64,000 nucleotides of DNA from Dictyostelium discoideum (lineage: Eukaryota): positions 2,912,001 to 2,976,000 of the forward strand of contig CM000152.2 of assembly GCA_000004695.1 (NCBI GenBank), written 5' to 3'. Made by a program: the position numbers and the translations under genes. Under the pieces are notes generated by a model. That model was given only the letters and a program-made list of their open reading frames with translations, was not told where the DNA came from and searched no databases. This document shows positions 43,422 to 64,000 of this stretch, one piece after another. How positions within the stretch are numbered: position 1 is the stretch's first letter; every line of letters starts with the position of its first letter.

Positions 43422-43505
43422 TTATCTAATTTTCATTAATATTGGTGGAACTAAACATATTTTTGGAGTTGGTTGCACAGAATTAATGACAGGAGATTGA
43501 TTACT

Positions 43506-43573
<68 letters not shown>

Positions 43574-43692
43574 GAATAGATGATGAAGGAACTAAAATTG
43601 ACTTAAATTTTTTAGCATATAAATTTCTATTTTCAATATCACCCAAATCATTATATATAATACTTTTTAAATAATAAATTTCTTTTAATAGT

Positions 43693-43736
<44 letters not shown>

Positions 43737-44304
43737 TGATTGATTTGAAAATAATTGTAAAAATAATTGTTCAGATCTATTTAAATAATCAATTGATTGT
43801 TTAGTTGAAGTTGAAATTAAAGATTTTGCCCAAAGTAAATATAATTGAGAATTTAATAATTTATCAGATAAAACCATTGGTAAAGTTTCCTTTATTAAAG
43901 TGATTGCTTTATCTAATCTATCAGTTGATAAATGAATTTTAATTAATGCAATATTGGAATCAGCTATTGAATTTGCTAAATGATAACTATTCGATAGAGA
44001 TAATGCTGATAGTGTATCTGATAAACCAGAGAATCTATATGGTGATGATTTTTCATAAATTTTTGAAAGCAATGAATAGAAATGAGTAATTTGTGAATCT
44101 AATCCGAAATCTCTTGAAATTTGAATACCTTTAACAATTAAATTCATTGATTTTTCATACATTCCTCTAACATTACAATAATATTTAATTATTTTTTGAT
44201 AACAAATAACAATTTGACTCCAACCTGATCCATCAACACTATCTTCTGACTGAAATCTATTTGTAATATTAATTAATGATTCAATTACAATTGATATCAA
44301 TAAT

Positions 44305-44380
<76 letters not shown>

Positions 44381-44594
44381 CAATATTAATCATTAAATGA
44401 TCAAATAAAATTGATAAAACTGTAAATGTTAATAAATTACCACAAAGATGTTGAGTTTTATAAATTGAAAAACATTTTATCAATATTTGAATTGCTTCAT
44501 TATATTTTGATTTCTTTGAATATAATAATGCTAATTTACAAAATGATAATAAATCTGGTGGTTGTTGGTTTTGTTGTTGTTGTTGTTTAATTTG

Positions 44595-44628
<34 letters not shown>

Positions 44629-44925
44629 GTACCTATATTATAGATGATTGTATTTTGAGAAGAAACAGCACGTAATGGGTCATGTTGAAGTGATAAATCA
44701 TTAGAATGATATGATTTCATTGCTAATTCAGTAAAAAATTGTGCAAGATCATTATTACCTAATAGTTCCCATGAACTTGAATAAAGATGATGTGCTATCA
44801 TTGCAGTGCTACTACTCTTATCTAATAATCTTGAAATTTCAATTGGTTGAAATATATCATTCCATAAATGAAATGATTTACCAAACATATTAACACCACC
44901 ATTATTATTACTATTACTACTATTA

Positions 44926-44972
<47 letters not shown>

Positions 44973-46552
44973 GTTGTTATTATTATTTGTATTATTTGTA
45001 TTATTATTATTATTATTATTATTATTGTTTGCATTATTTGTATTGTTATTATTATTTGTATTATTATTAGTATTTGAATTATTGTTATTATTATTATTAT
45101 TTGAATTATAATTATTTGAATTAATATTTGTTGAAAATTCACCATTTTCTAATTTATATTTTGAAAAAGCAGTATGATTGAGTGCTAAAAGGTCAGGCAT
45201 TTCAAGATCTCTACTTCTTTCAATTGATTTTTTTAAAATTTCAGAATCACTGTGGGATGCTAATAGGTATTGTAATAAATTTGAAGATTCCATTGAATTG
45301 TAAACAGACTTTTTTAATAATCTAGCTAACCAATGATCAGCCAATGCTAAACAAGAATGATCAGCACGTTCTTGTGCAATTCTAATTGCTTCTCTTAATG
45401 CTAGATAACTCTCTTCGTAATGACCGAAATGGTAATGTAATCTAACTAAATTCAATACCGCATATGGTAGCATTAAATTAGTGGTATCACCACTACCACC
45501 AATAAAATTATAATTATTATAATAATAATTACTACTATTACTATTACCCGATTGATAATTGTCATTTGGCGTGAACAGAAATGAAGATGCCGAGGAAGAC
45601 CATTGTGAAGATGTCATTTGACCATTAACATAATCGAAATATCTATGTAAATCTTCTAATGATTGGTCATAATCTTGATAACCAATATTAAATAACAAAG
45701 AAATTAAATGAACTCTCTTTACATTTGGTAATGATGCTTTCAACCTATTCACCTGATTCTCAATCTCCAATGGTGTTTCAATGCCAATTAATGAATTGAT
45801 TCTAATAGTCTCTTCATAAATAAATCTTTCTTCATCTAATGGTGATAAAAATTTAATTTTATTTTCATAATTACTAATTTCATTATAATCCTCTTGTTGT
45901 TGTTGCTGTTGTTCTTGATCCATTGACATATCTATACTATTATCATTTTCACAATGCTCTTTTTGTTGTTGTTGTTGTTGTTGTTGTTGAATTTTATTAA
46001 TTTCATTATAGAAATCATTTAGGTATTGATCTAATTGATCATAAAGTTTAATTAAACCATCGAATAGAATTTGATTAAAATTTAAAATTACTTTTTTAAT
46101 GAAGATACCTAAAATACTTTTTGAATCTAATAGTTGCATTTGTTTTGAATTTATAGATTCATGATCATTACTACCATTGAATAATTCTTTTAATGAACTC
46201 ATAAATTGATAGATATCATCTACACTATCAAATTGAATCATTCTTAGGAATTCATTATTTATAAATTGAATTGGTAATACATATTTTAATTCTTTTTCAA
46301 TGAAATCATATAAACTAACTTCTTTAACTGTATCTTGATAATTATTTTCCTTTTTTTTATTTATTTATTTAAATAAGTTAATCAGTATATAAAATATAAA
46401 TATTAATATTAATATGGTATATTTACTTTTATGTGTCTAATTAATAAATGAGATAAAGATTGTTTTTGATGGTATTTGATTGTTCCATTTAGATAATATT
46501 CAACTAAAACACAAATTGTAATTTTGTGAGGTGTTAATCTATATTTATCCAT
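43422..46552 (-). CDS. anapc5: Anaphase-promoting complex subunit 5 (APC5), heavily expanded with poly-N and poly-Q. Exons 46436..46552 and 43422..46349
   Basis: The N-terminal exon MDKYRLTPHKITICVLVEYYLNGT...LLIRHIK parallels the APC5 N-terminus (TPYKIAVLVLL). A GTAAAT donor follows. The second exon contains LPYAVLNLVRLHYHFGHYEESYLALREAIRIAQERADHSCLALADHWLARLL, which matches the ANAPC5 signature TPR segment. Confidence 0.7.
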
Positions 46553-46705
46553 TATCTTGGTTTTAATAAAATAAAATAAAAAAAATAAAAAAAAAGTGAA
46601 AAAAAAGAAAAATAATGAAAATTTGGCGCAAAAAAAAAAAAAAAAAAAAAAAAAAAACACAAAAATAGTGTGATTAATTAAAAGTAAAAAAAGAGTTTTT
46701 AATAA

Positions 46706-48307
46706 TTAATATTTATTTATTTTTGTTTCTTTAAAGGAAATATTTTTAACATGAGGTTTAAAATTTAAAATTTTATCTTTCATTAATATATCAAGATTAA
46801 TTGTATGTAATGATTCTGGTAAAATTGGAATGATATCATTTTGAAAATCATCACTACTATAACAATGATTTAAAGTTAATTCAGTTAATGATTCTGGAAG
46901 ATAATCAATTTTTAAATTTGATTGGTAAATATCCATTTCTGTTTTTGGTGTTTTTATTGGTATTGTTATTGTTGAAGTATAAATTGTATCAATAAGTGAT
47001 AATTTTTTTAAATTATTTGGTAGTGAACCAATTGGAAATGTTAAATGTAAATTTTTAGTTTTAAATGTTAAATCAGTTATTGAATTTGGTAATATATTCG
47101 ATTCAAATATTACATTCTTATCTCTAAGAGTATATGATGAACTTTGGTATATAAATGATTGAATATTTGAATCTAATGGTATTAACTTTTTATTTAAATC
47201 AATTTCATGACCTTTTAAATGAAGTTTTAATAAATTTAATTTATTTTCACCAAAGTCCATAAAATTTGGTAAATTAATATTAATAGTCAATTCATCCAAT
47301 ATTGTTGGTAATGCACCAGATTCAATAACTAAACTTTTTAGAATACATAATAATGTTAAACATTTAACACTTGATGGTACAATACCAATTCTAAGAAATG
47401 ATGAATTTTTTTCTGAATAATAATTATAATAGCTTATAGTTTCAATTTCTTCAAATTTATAATTTTTATAATTAATAACATTGTTACTATTATCACCACC
47501 ACCACCACCATCACCACCATTATCATTATTACCACCATCGATATTATTACTATCAACAGATGATATTAATTTCATTGTATCAACTTGAAATTTTAAAATT
47601 TTAATTGAATTTGGTAAAATGTTTTTTTTAATTTTATTACTATGATCATTTATTTTTAAATTTGTAATTGAAGATGGGATATCTGTTTGTTTTAATTCTA
47701 AACCTTTTTTATTACCCCAATAACAAGATCTCCAAAATGATAATGATGTAACTGAATTTGGAATTTTAAATTTATTTGATAGTTGTGAACATTTTTTAAT
47801 AGATATTGATTTAATATTTTTAGGAATAATATCATCATCATCATCATTATTATTATTATTGTCACCAAAATTGTCCCCTTGTAAAATTACATTTTCAACA
47901 TTTGTTACACTTGATGGTAAATCTTTTAATGATATAACTCTTTTTTTTAATTTTTTAATTGAAAACTCTTCATCAGAATCACAATCACTATCAATACTAA
48001 ATATTACATTTTCAACAGTGTTTGGAATTTCTGGACCTGTAATGATAGGTACCGGTTCTGTGAATTCAATAGTTTTTAATAACCCATTACATGGTAAATC
48101 ACCAATTTCTAATGGTTTTCTACTTTGATATTCTAATGTTTGAATATAATCCCTATCTTTATATTTCAATAATGTTTCTTTATTTTCAAATTGAACAAAT
48201 TCATTATTAATTATTTTTATAAATTCAAATATTTTAAATTTTAAAAATTTATTTCTCCAAGTTTTAAAAAATAAACTATCATTTAAATCTTTACTATTTA
48301 TTTCCAT
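46706..48307 (-). CDS. FNIP-repeat / LRR-like protein, single exon
   Basis: Repeated IPNSVTSLSF, IPSSITNLKIN, LPNSIKILKF, LPNSITDLTF, LPNNLKKLSL and LPESLTELTL, about every 22 aa. It also has an N/D/G-rich insert. Confidence 0.7.
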   Translation of the reverse strand: MEINSKDLNDSLFFKTWRNKFLKFKIFEFIKIINNEFVQFENKETLLKYKDRDYIQTLEYQSRKPLEIGDLPCNGLLKTIEFTEPVPIITGPEIPNTVENVIFSIDSDCDSDEEFSIKKLKKRVISLKDLPSSVTNVENVILQGDNFGDNNNNNDDDDDIIPKNIKSISIKKCSQLSNKFKIPNSVTSLSFWRSCYWGNKKGLELKQTDIPSSITNLKINDHSNKIKKNILPNSIKILKFQVDTMKLISSVDSNNIDGGNNDNGGDGGGGGDNSNNVINYKNYKFEEIETISYYNYYSEKNSSFLRIGIVPSSVKCLTLLCILKSLVIESGALPTILDELTININLPNFMDFGENKLNLLKLHLKGHEIDLNKKLIPLDSNIQSFIYQSSSYTLRDKNVIFESNILPNSITDLTFKTKNLHLTFPIGSLPNNLKKLSLIDTIYTSTITIPIKTPKTEMDIYQSNLKIDYLPESLTELTLNHCYSSDDFQNDIIPILPESLHTINLDILMKDKILNFKPHVKNISFKETKINKY

Positions 48308-49103
48308 TCTTTTTTATTTTTTTTTTTTTTTAATTTTTAAAAAAAATAGAAAAGTTAAAAAAAAAAAAAAAAAAAAATTTTGGGTGGGAGGCTTTATTTG
48401 CAGCATTGAGAAAAAAAAAAAATCAGACTTGGCTTTTTTTGAAGCATCATAAAGATCTTTAATTTTTTTATTTAAATTTTTTTTTTTTTTTATTTTATTT
48501 TTTTTCAACAATACCCCTGTATTAAAATTTAAATATATCGAAATAATTTATTTTTAGTTTTTTTTTTTTAACGCTATTATAATTTAAAAAAAAAAAAAAA
48601 TAAAAAAAAAATAAAAAATCAATTTCCACTTTATTTTTTTAATTATTAAAAAAAAGTATGAAAATAAAAAAAAAAAGTTATTTGTTTAACTATTTTTTTT
48701 TTTAATCAAATTTTTCATAATTTCTCACATTAAAACTTTTTGATCTTTTCATGGATTGTCTTATTTGAAAAACGCTGTTAAAAAAATAAAAAATAAAACA
48801 AAGTAAAATATAATTTTAAAAAAAAATAATTAATTAAAAATATAATTAAAAAAAAAAAAAAAAATCAAAAAATCAAAAAAAAAAAATCCAATCAAAAATC
48901 AAAAATAGATGCGTTCGCAATAAAAAAATTTGCGTTTTACAAAAAAAAAAAAAAAAATAAAAAACCATTTCTCTGAAAATATCTTCATCCATTGGCTGAA
49001 TAAAAAACCACAAAAAAAAAAAAAAAAAAAAAAATAGACTTAATCATTTCACTTATAGGTTAAACGTTCACTTGATTCCTTTTAATTATTCTTTTAAAAA
49101 AAA

Positions 49104-53064
<3,961 letters not shown>

Positions 53065-53388
53065 TCTCTCTCAAACTTTATAAATATATACTTATTTATT
53101 AAAATAATTGTAAATACACTATAAATCCCAAAACTTTCTTTGTACTTTTAAAAAAAAAAAAAATTAAATAAAAAAAATTAAATTAAAACAATTTGTTATG
53201 TGTGTATAAAAATATGCAAATGATATTATTTTTATTTATATATATATTTATATACATATAATATATGTTAAAAAATAATAAAAAAAAAGTTTTGAAATGA
53301 ATATTTTACAAATATTAAAGAAAATCAAATGTGTTGAGGGAAAAAACATAAACATATATGCGTGTGTATTGAAGTTGGTGTTTTTTTT

Positions 53389-53417
<29 letters not shown>

Positions 53418-53424
<7 letters not shown>

Positions 53425-53726
53425 ACAAATACATCAGACCCTAAATCAAAGTATGAAGTTGGAGGTGGTGGTGGAGTTTGAGGTTTTTCTTCCCAAGTAT
53501 TTGTTTTCCATTGGAATATTTGATTATTTTGAGTAAGAAGATTTTGTTGTTGATCATTTTGTTTTTCCAAGTTTTGTTGTTCTTGTGCCATCTCTTCTAA
53601 ATCAAATAACATTGTACATTCTTCATCAGTTAGTTCATATAAACCATTATGTACCAATGAAATACACTTTAGTAATAATGGGATTTCGATAATAAATTCT
53701 CTATATAAATCTTTTAATAATTCCAT
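53418..53726 (-). CDS. Hypothetical 102-aa protein (MELLKDLYREFIIEIPLLLKCISLVHNGLYELTDEECTMLFDLEEM...PPPPP); function unknown
   Basis: ATG-initiated ORF with non-repetitive composition in the 5' half. A possible upstream exon was not resolved. Confidence 0.4.
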
Positions 53727-53959
53727 ATCTTAAATTAATTATTTTGGAAAAAAAAAAAAAAAAGTATTAATATATATAAATTAAACTTTTCTATTATTTA
53801 TAAAAAATAATAATTACATGTTGTTAAACTTCTCTTTTTGACAAACATTTTCAATGCAAAATCATCTTGAAGTGAACTAATTAAAACATCTTTGAAACTC
53901 TTTTTTTTTTTTTAAATTAAAATTTATAATTAGTATTATTAAAATTTTAAAAAATATTA

Positions 53960-54059
53960 TCAATTATTATCATTACTTACATCTAAATCTGGTTTATGTT
54001 TTTTAGCAATTGGTTGTTTCTTTGATTCAGAAGTTGGATGAATATTTTTAGTTGTTGAC

Positions 54060-54095
<36 letters not shown>

Positions 54096-54738
54096 GTTGA
54101 AGTAATTGAACCACCATTTTGAACGATAGCAGGAGTTGATTTAAGAGTTGGAGTTGATTTTAATTTTGGAGCAGGTGGACAATAAGAAGGAATATCACCA
54201 GATAATGAACCTCTACGATTTAATTCAAATGGAACAGAGATTGAAGATCTTCTAGCTTCAGAGATACCAGATGGTTTCATTTGTAAGGTTGCCATTGATG
54301 ATCTTCTATTTGGACCTTTTAATTTATTCAATAATGGATTAACTGGTTCATTTGGTGGTTGTTGAGCGGATGAAGAAGAAGAAGAAGGTGGTGGTGGTGG
54401 TGGTTGAGCAGATTGTTGATAAGGTTTTACTGGTGGAACATTACCACCATCTAAACTATACAATGGGGAGATATCACCTTCATCCATTTTAATTAAATTT
54501 AAACACAAATCCAAATAGGAACCATACTCATAGTTATTATCGCACATATTTTGCCAAATTGCAGCAAGGATTTCAATCTTTTGAGGTTTCTTTAATATTG
54601 ATTTCATTGGAATTATCTTATTCATAATTTTCTTTTTCCAGATTTCTTTTTGTGGTGTCCAAATCTTACTGTCAATTATACTAACAATTACAGATAAATT
54701 TGAATCTGGTGCGCTTGAAAGTTCTGGTGATTCTTTAA

Positions 54739-54775
<37 letters not shown>

Positions 54776-56432
54776 ATTATTATTGGATGAAGTAGTTGTT
54801 GTAATTGTTGTATTATTATTATTATTATTATTATTGTTATTATTATTTTGTTGTGATTGAGGTTGTTTAACAACAGAAGATAAAGAAGGTGAATTTGATC
54901 TTGCTACTTTTGGTGATAAAAATCCACTTGGTAAGTTAATTTGTTGATTATTATTACTACTAATTGTATTTAAATCAATAGTTGGAACATTATGGTTATC
55001 TTTAATTCCACTACTACTAGATAAACTAAATTGTAGTTGTGAATTGCTATTATTATTATTTGATGATGATTCCATTAAACCATCATTTAAATCGAATGAT
55101 GCATCAATATCCATATTGTTGTTATTAATATTAATACTATTATTATTATTATTACAGTTATTTAAATTAAATTGTGAAGGTGAAGTAATATTCATTGAAC
55201 GTCTTAAGAATGGTGATAATGGTATAGTTGGTGATGTTGAAGATGGTGAAATATTTGATTTATCATCCAACATTAATTGTCTAAGAATTTTATAGTTTTG
55301 AATACCTAATGCTTGAAAGAAAGATTTCCAAAAGATGGTATTCAAAGTTGAATCATCATCACATTTTTCAGATAAACTTTTGGAGATTGTTTTACCGTGG
55401 TTTGTTGCAACTTTAACAACCTCTCTTTGAGCGTTCAAATCATCATTGATGGCCTTTGGTATGATCCATTTATTATTCTTTAATTCAAATAAATTCTTTA
55501 CCATAAATCTAACACGTGGTGGTAACAATTGTCTGTTTTCAATTAAAAATGATAAAACTGATGTAGCATCTTCCAATGCTTTTTGAATACCTTTAAAATG
55601 TAAATCATTTTCACGAGATTGTATATTGTTGTTGTTGATGTTGTTAGTAGTGGAAGTTGTATTTTCATAATTATTTTCATTATCTTCTTCATCATGATCG
55701 TCATCATCATGATCATGATTATTATTATTATTATTATTATTATGAGTTTTATTATTTTCATGTTTACTTGAGAAACCACCCATTGACTCTATGGTTTTAC
55801 CGGCTGAAGTGAATGAAGTTGCAATTATTTCAATTTCCATTAATTGTTGTAGTGTCATATCATCAGCGGTTTCTTTGGTAACTTGTGGTAAATGATTATT
55901 TACAACATCAACTAAAAATGAACTTGGTAATGTATAATAGCATTCACCCATAAATTTACATAAATTTAAAAAACTCTGTTTACTACTATTGAAATCAAAT
56001 GTTTCTTCATTACTATTGATTTGATCAGTTAATATTTGATAACGCTTATTAAAATTTTCAACTAATTTATTTCCAACTCCCTAGAAAGGAAAATAAATAA
56101 ATAAAAAAATAATTTATTAATAAATAAAATTTATATTTTTTTTATTTAAAATTTATTTTAAACTTACAATTGAAAAATTTTGTTGAAAAATTGGTTGAAT
56201 TTTATTTATAATTTGAATATAATAACTTGATGATGATGGTTCCTCAACCACCTTTTCAAAAATATTATTTATAAATAATGTAGATTCATTTTTATCTAAT
56301 AATTGACACTTTGATACTAATTGATCAATTAAAACTTGAAAATTATCTTTGGAGATTTTATTTAAAATTCTAAAATTAAAAATTAAAAATTAGTATTTTA
56401 TTTTATTTTATTTTTTTTAAAATAAAAAATAT

Positions 56433-56463
<31 letters not shown>

Positions 56464-56512
56464 TTAAAATATCATACCTTGATACAACGTTTAAGGGATC
56501 TGATTGGCTCAT
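53960..56512 (-). CDS. MIF4G-domain protein (eIF4G/PAIP1/CTIF-like middle domain at the N-terminus, long Asn/Ser-rich tail). Exons 56478..56512, 56168..56369, 53960..56080
   Basis: MSQSDPLNVVS then gtatga. Next exon ILNKISKDNFQVLIDQLVSKCQLLDKNESTLFINNIFEKVVEEPSSSSYYIQII (compare eIF4G ILNKLTPQNF...IFEKA..EP.F...Y). Then gtaagt, then GVGNKLVENFNKRYQ...SFLNLCKFMGECYYTLPSSFLVDVV (compare eIF4G IKFIGELFK). Confidence 0.7.
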
Positions 56513-56600
56513 TATTGATTCTTCTAAAATATTTAAAAAAAAAATATATATTAATAATTTATTTAATTTATGTTTTACACTTTTTTTATATTATTATTAT

Positions 56601-56662
56601 TATTTTTATTTTTATTTTTATTTTTATTTTTATTTTTATTTTTATTTTTATTTTTATTTTTA
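56601..56662. repeat. (TTTTTA)n hexamer array, about 11 copies, about 90 bp 5' of the MIF4G gene ATG
   Basis: Direct reading; same unit and orientation as 35729..35796. Confidence 0.9.
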
Positions 56663-57017
56663 CTATTATTATTATTTTTATTATTATTATTTTTTTTTTA
56701 AAAAAAAAAAAATAAAATAAAATTATTAAATAAAAAGAGGAAGGAAGAATAATATTTACAAAATAGTTTTAATTAATTAAATAAAATGTTTTAAAAATTA
56801 AATAAAAGTACGAAGAAAAACTAAGTATTTGTACAATATAACAAATGTAATGATATTAGTGTATAATAAAATAAAATAAAATAAAATCAAAAAAAAAAAA
56901 AAAAAAAGATTTTTTTGTTTTTTTATTTTTGATTTCTTTATATATTTAATTTTTTTATTATTGTTATTATTATTTTTTTTTAATATATTTATTTTTTATT
57001 TTTATTTTTATTTTTAA

Positions 57018-57048
<31 letters not shown>

Positions 57049-57340
57049 GGTAAATAAAAAATAAATTTAATTTTATATGTATAAAAAAAAAAAATATTTA
57101 ATTGGTGATATTATGTAAAAAATAATTAAAAAATATTGAAATTAAAAATAATATTATTAAAAAAAAAAAAAAAAAAAAAAAAATAAATAATTAAAAAAAA
57201 AAAAGATAATGATGAATTAAAGATTTTGTAAATTGCCAACCAAATAGACAAATATACAGACAAATATACACAAAAGTAGACCAAAAATAAATAAAAATAA
57301 AAATAAAAATTTTTATTTACAAAAAACAACCACCCCCTAA

Positions 57341-57420
<80 letters not shown>

Positions 57421-59025
57421 CTCAAACACACATTAAGTTTTAACACACAGTGTGTATGTCAATATGTTACTATTATAATTATATTAAATATACATATTTA
57501 TATATATTGGATGAAATGGTGGGAACGAGAAAAAAAAAATAATAAATAAAATAAAATAAATAAAAAAAACATTCCAAATTTAATATTTACTAAATATATG
57601 CGGATGGGTTGTTATTTGAAATGTGAGAAAGAACTAGTTAATTTATCAATATTATTTCTATTATTATTATTAATAATATTATTTTTATTATTATCTTTTA
57701 TAGTTCACAAGAAAGTTGAAATTTGATATATATAAATATATATAAAAACCAATTATTTATTTTATTTTATTTATTTTATTTTTTATTTTTTATAATTATT
57801 ATGTGATATAAATTGGAAAGATTTGTGTTATGATTTTATATTTTTACTTTAAATTTTAATATTTAATTTAAATTAATTAGATTTTATTTGATTGACTAAT
57901 TTATTTTATTATTATAGTTACAATTAATGATTAAAAAAATTATTTTAAAAAAAAAAAATAAAAAAAAAATAAAAATTAATTTAAAAATAGGAAAAAAAAC
58001 AATTAAAATAAAAAAAAAATAAAAAATAAAAAATAAAAAAATAAAATAATAATTATAATATTATTAATAAAATATATACACCACTAGTAAATACACACCT
58101 TAAACACTCTAATTCTTATTTTTTTTTTTTTTTTTTTTCTATAAATACACTTTTTTTTATTTTTATTATTTTTTATTTTGGGTATGCATGGTGTTATAAA
58201 CAAGGTGAAAAAAAAAAAAAAAAAATTTTGTGTGAGTGCGAGAATTTAGTTAGTGTGGTGAGTGAGTGAGCATGTGTGTGTGTGTGGGAGAATATGAAGA
58301 TAAAATCTCTCTTTTTTTTTTTTTTTTTAATTTTCTATATCACTTCTCATGATAATGTGATTGTGTGAAAGTATGTGTGAAAGTTAAAAATAAACAAATA
58401 ATTTTCTTTAGTGTGATTATTGCTTTTGTTGTTTTTTTTTTTTTTTTTACAAAAATCAAATTGGTTCAATGTTTAATGTTGTTAGTTTCACAAAAAATTA
58501 AAAATAAAAAAAAATAAATTAAAAATTAAAAAAAAAAATAAAATAAAAAATAAACATTCATTATTGTGTAGGATTATGGTTTGGTTTTATTATTTTTGTT
58601 TTGTTTTGTTTTTTTCTTTTTTTTTTTTTTTTTAAATGGTCCAATTTTATTATTTTACATATATGTAGCTATTAAATTCCTCATCTTTGCTTTATTATTA
58701 AAAAAGTTTTGGATGGGGTGAAATGAAAAAAAATAAAAAATAAAAAAAAAATTAATTATAAAATGTTGTTTTTATTTCAATTTATATCCATTTTTTGAGA
58801 TTTTTGAATATATTTCGGGTATTTCGAGATTTATTTAAATAAAAAAAATAAAAAAAATAAAAAAAAAAAGATATAATTAAAAAAAAAAAAAAAAAAAAAA
58901 TATTTATCATTATTATTAATATTATTATTATTAGTGAAACTTTTTTTTACCATAAAGTTTATCTTTTATTTTTGATGTAAAACTCCTTTTCATTTTGTAT
59001 TAATTATTATAAAAAGAAGAATGTA

Positions 59026-59062
<37 letters not shown>

Positions 59063-59975
59063 TTATTTGGTTTTTTTAATTTATAGAAAAAAAAAATATA
59101 AAATATAAAATTTTAAAAAAAAAAAATATAAAACAAAAAAAAAAAATAAAAAATAAAAAAAAATTATAAAAAACAAAACAAAAAAAAAAAAACAAAACAA
59201 AAAACAACAATTCTTTTTTTTTCTTACATTTTTGTGAGGATAAAAAATAATCTTTTTTATTTTTTTTATTTTTATTTTATTTTTATTTTATTTTTATTTT
59301 TTTTTATTTTTTTATTTAAAACTGATTTATTATTATTTGTTTGTTGTTTTATATTCTAAGGGAAATGAAAAATAAAAAAATAAAAAAATTATAATTTATA
59401 AATTTATGAATAAATTTTTTTTGTTATTCCTTTTCTTTTTTTATTTAATTTTTTTTTTTTTAAAATTAATTTTTTTTATTTTAAAATGAAAATACAAGAA
59501 TACTGATAAATTTATTTTATTTTAAGAGTTTGAAGGGTTTAATTGTGATTCCGATAATCAAAATTAAAAACAAAAAAAAATATTTAAAAAAAAATGAAAA
59601 AATAAAAAATAAAAAAAAAAAAATATTGTGGGGTTCATAATTTTTCTCAATCCTAATACGAGATATTTCAATTATAAAAAAAAAAAAAAAAAAAAAAGGA
59701 AATTTAATTAATAAAAATAAAAATTAATGAAAACAACCAATAAATCATTTATTATTATTTTTTTTTTTAATTTTTAATTTTTGGTTTTTTTTTATGGAAT
59801 TGTAGTTTTTAAACTATTGCTAAAAGAGTATGTTCGCTCACAATTTGATTGCAAATAAAAAAAATATAAAAATATATTAATCATTTAAAATTTGAGTAAA
59901 TTTACCCACACAAAAATATTGATCACCTTTAATTTTTTTTTTTTTTTTATTTTTTATTTTTTATTTTTTTTTTAT

Positions 59976-61203
<1,228 letters not shown>

Positions 61204-61321
61204 ATCTCTTTTTTCTATTATTTTTTTATTTTTTTTATTTTTTCAATTTACAAATAATATTTTTAAGATATGTTAATAAAACACAAGTATTTTTTTTTTT
61301 TTCTTTTTTTTCTTTAAAAAA

Positions 61322-64000
<2,679 letters not shown>

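Noticed and set aside
53727-53900. Possible upstream exon (…SFKDVLISSLQDDFALKMFVKKRSLTT, donor gtaatt) for the 102-aa hypothetical gene
   Set aside because: I found no in-frame ATG before the frame runs into an A-run. The ATG at 53726 is adequate on its own, so only the single-exon model is reported.
57420-59960. Looked for genes, RNAs or elements in the long AT-rich gap between the MIF4G and FHA genes
   Set aside because: I found only homopolymers, short (A5T)-type repeats and the GT-rich island at 58229-58295. There is no ORF with protein-like composition and no tRNA-like or snoRNA-like box structure.

Overview
This window is not prokaryotic. It reads as a gene-dense stretch of a Dictyostelium-type (social amoeba) nuclear chromosome, with no operons, CRISPR array or bacterial defence island. 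Evidence: extreme A+T richness with long homopolymer runs between genes; coding regions full of (AAT)n, (CAA)n and (GAT)n codon repeats giving poly-Asn, poly-Gln and poly-Asp tracts; short AT-rich introns with GTAAGT, GTATGT or GTAATT donors and (T)nAG acceptors. I resolved about 22 protein-coding genes, most by joining ORF-track segments across introns. The M at the start of track ORFs is often an alternative start codon or an intron read-through, so several true gene models differ from the track. There is one tRNA-Gly(GCC) with a downstream external B box. The most system-like structure is a tandemly duplicated, partly decayed cluster of secreted PA14 plus Dicty_CTDC cysteine-repeat (Psi-factor-like) genes at 16.8-23.9 kb. 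Other points worth a second look: two track ORFs that are one MATH-ankyrin-BTB gene split inside a MATH domain; a reading-frame slip inside a (CAA)n tract in the tail of a NAK-family kinase gene; a direct-repeat-flanked, poly(A)-ended mini-insert right next to the tRNA ex-B box, which looks like a retroelement footprint; paired (TAAAAA)n arrays just 5' of two start codons; and G/GT-rich islands in otherwise AT-rich promoters. I see nothing that amounts to a previously undescribed multi-gene system. Every product call is from motif recognition by eye; none was checked against a database.
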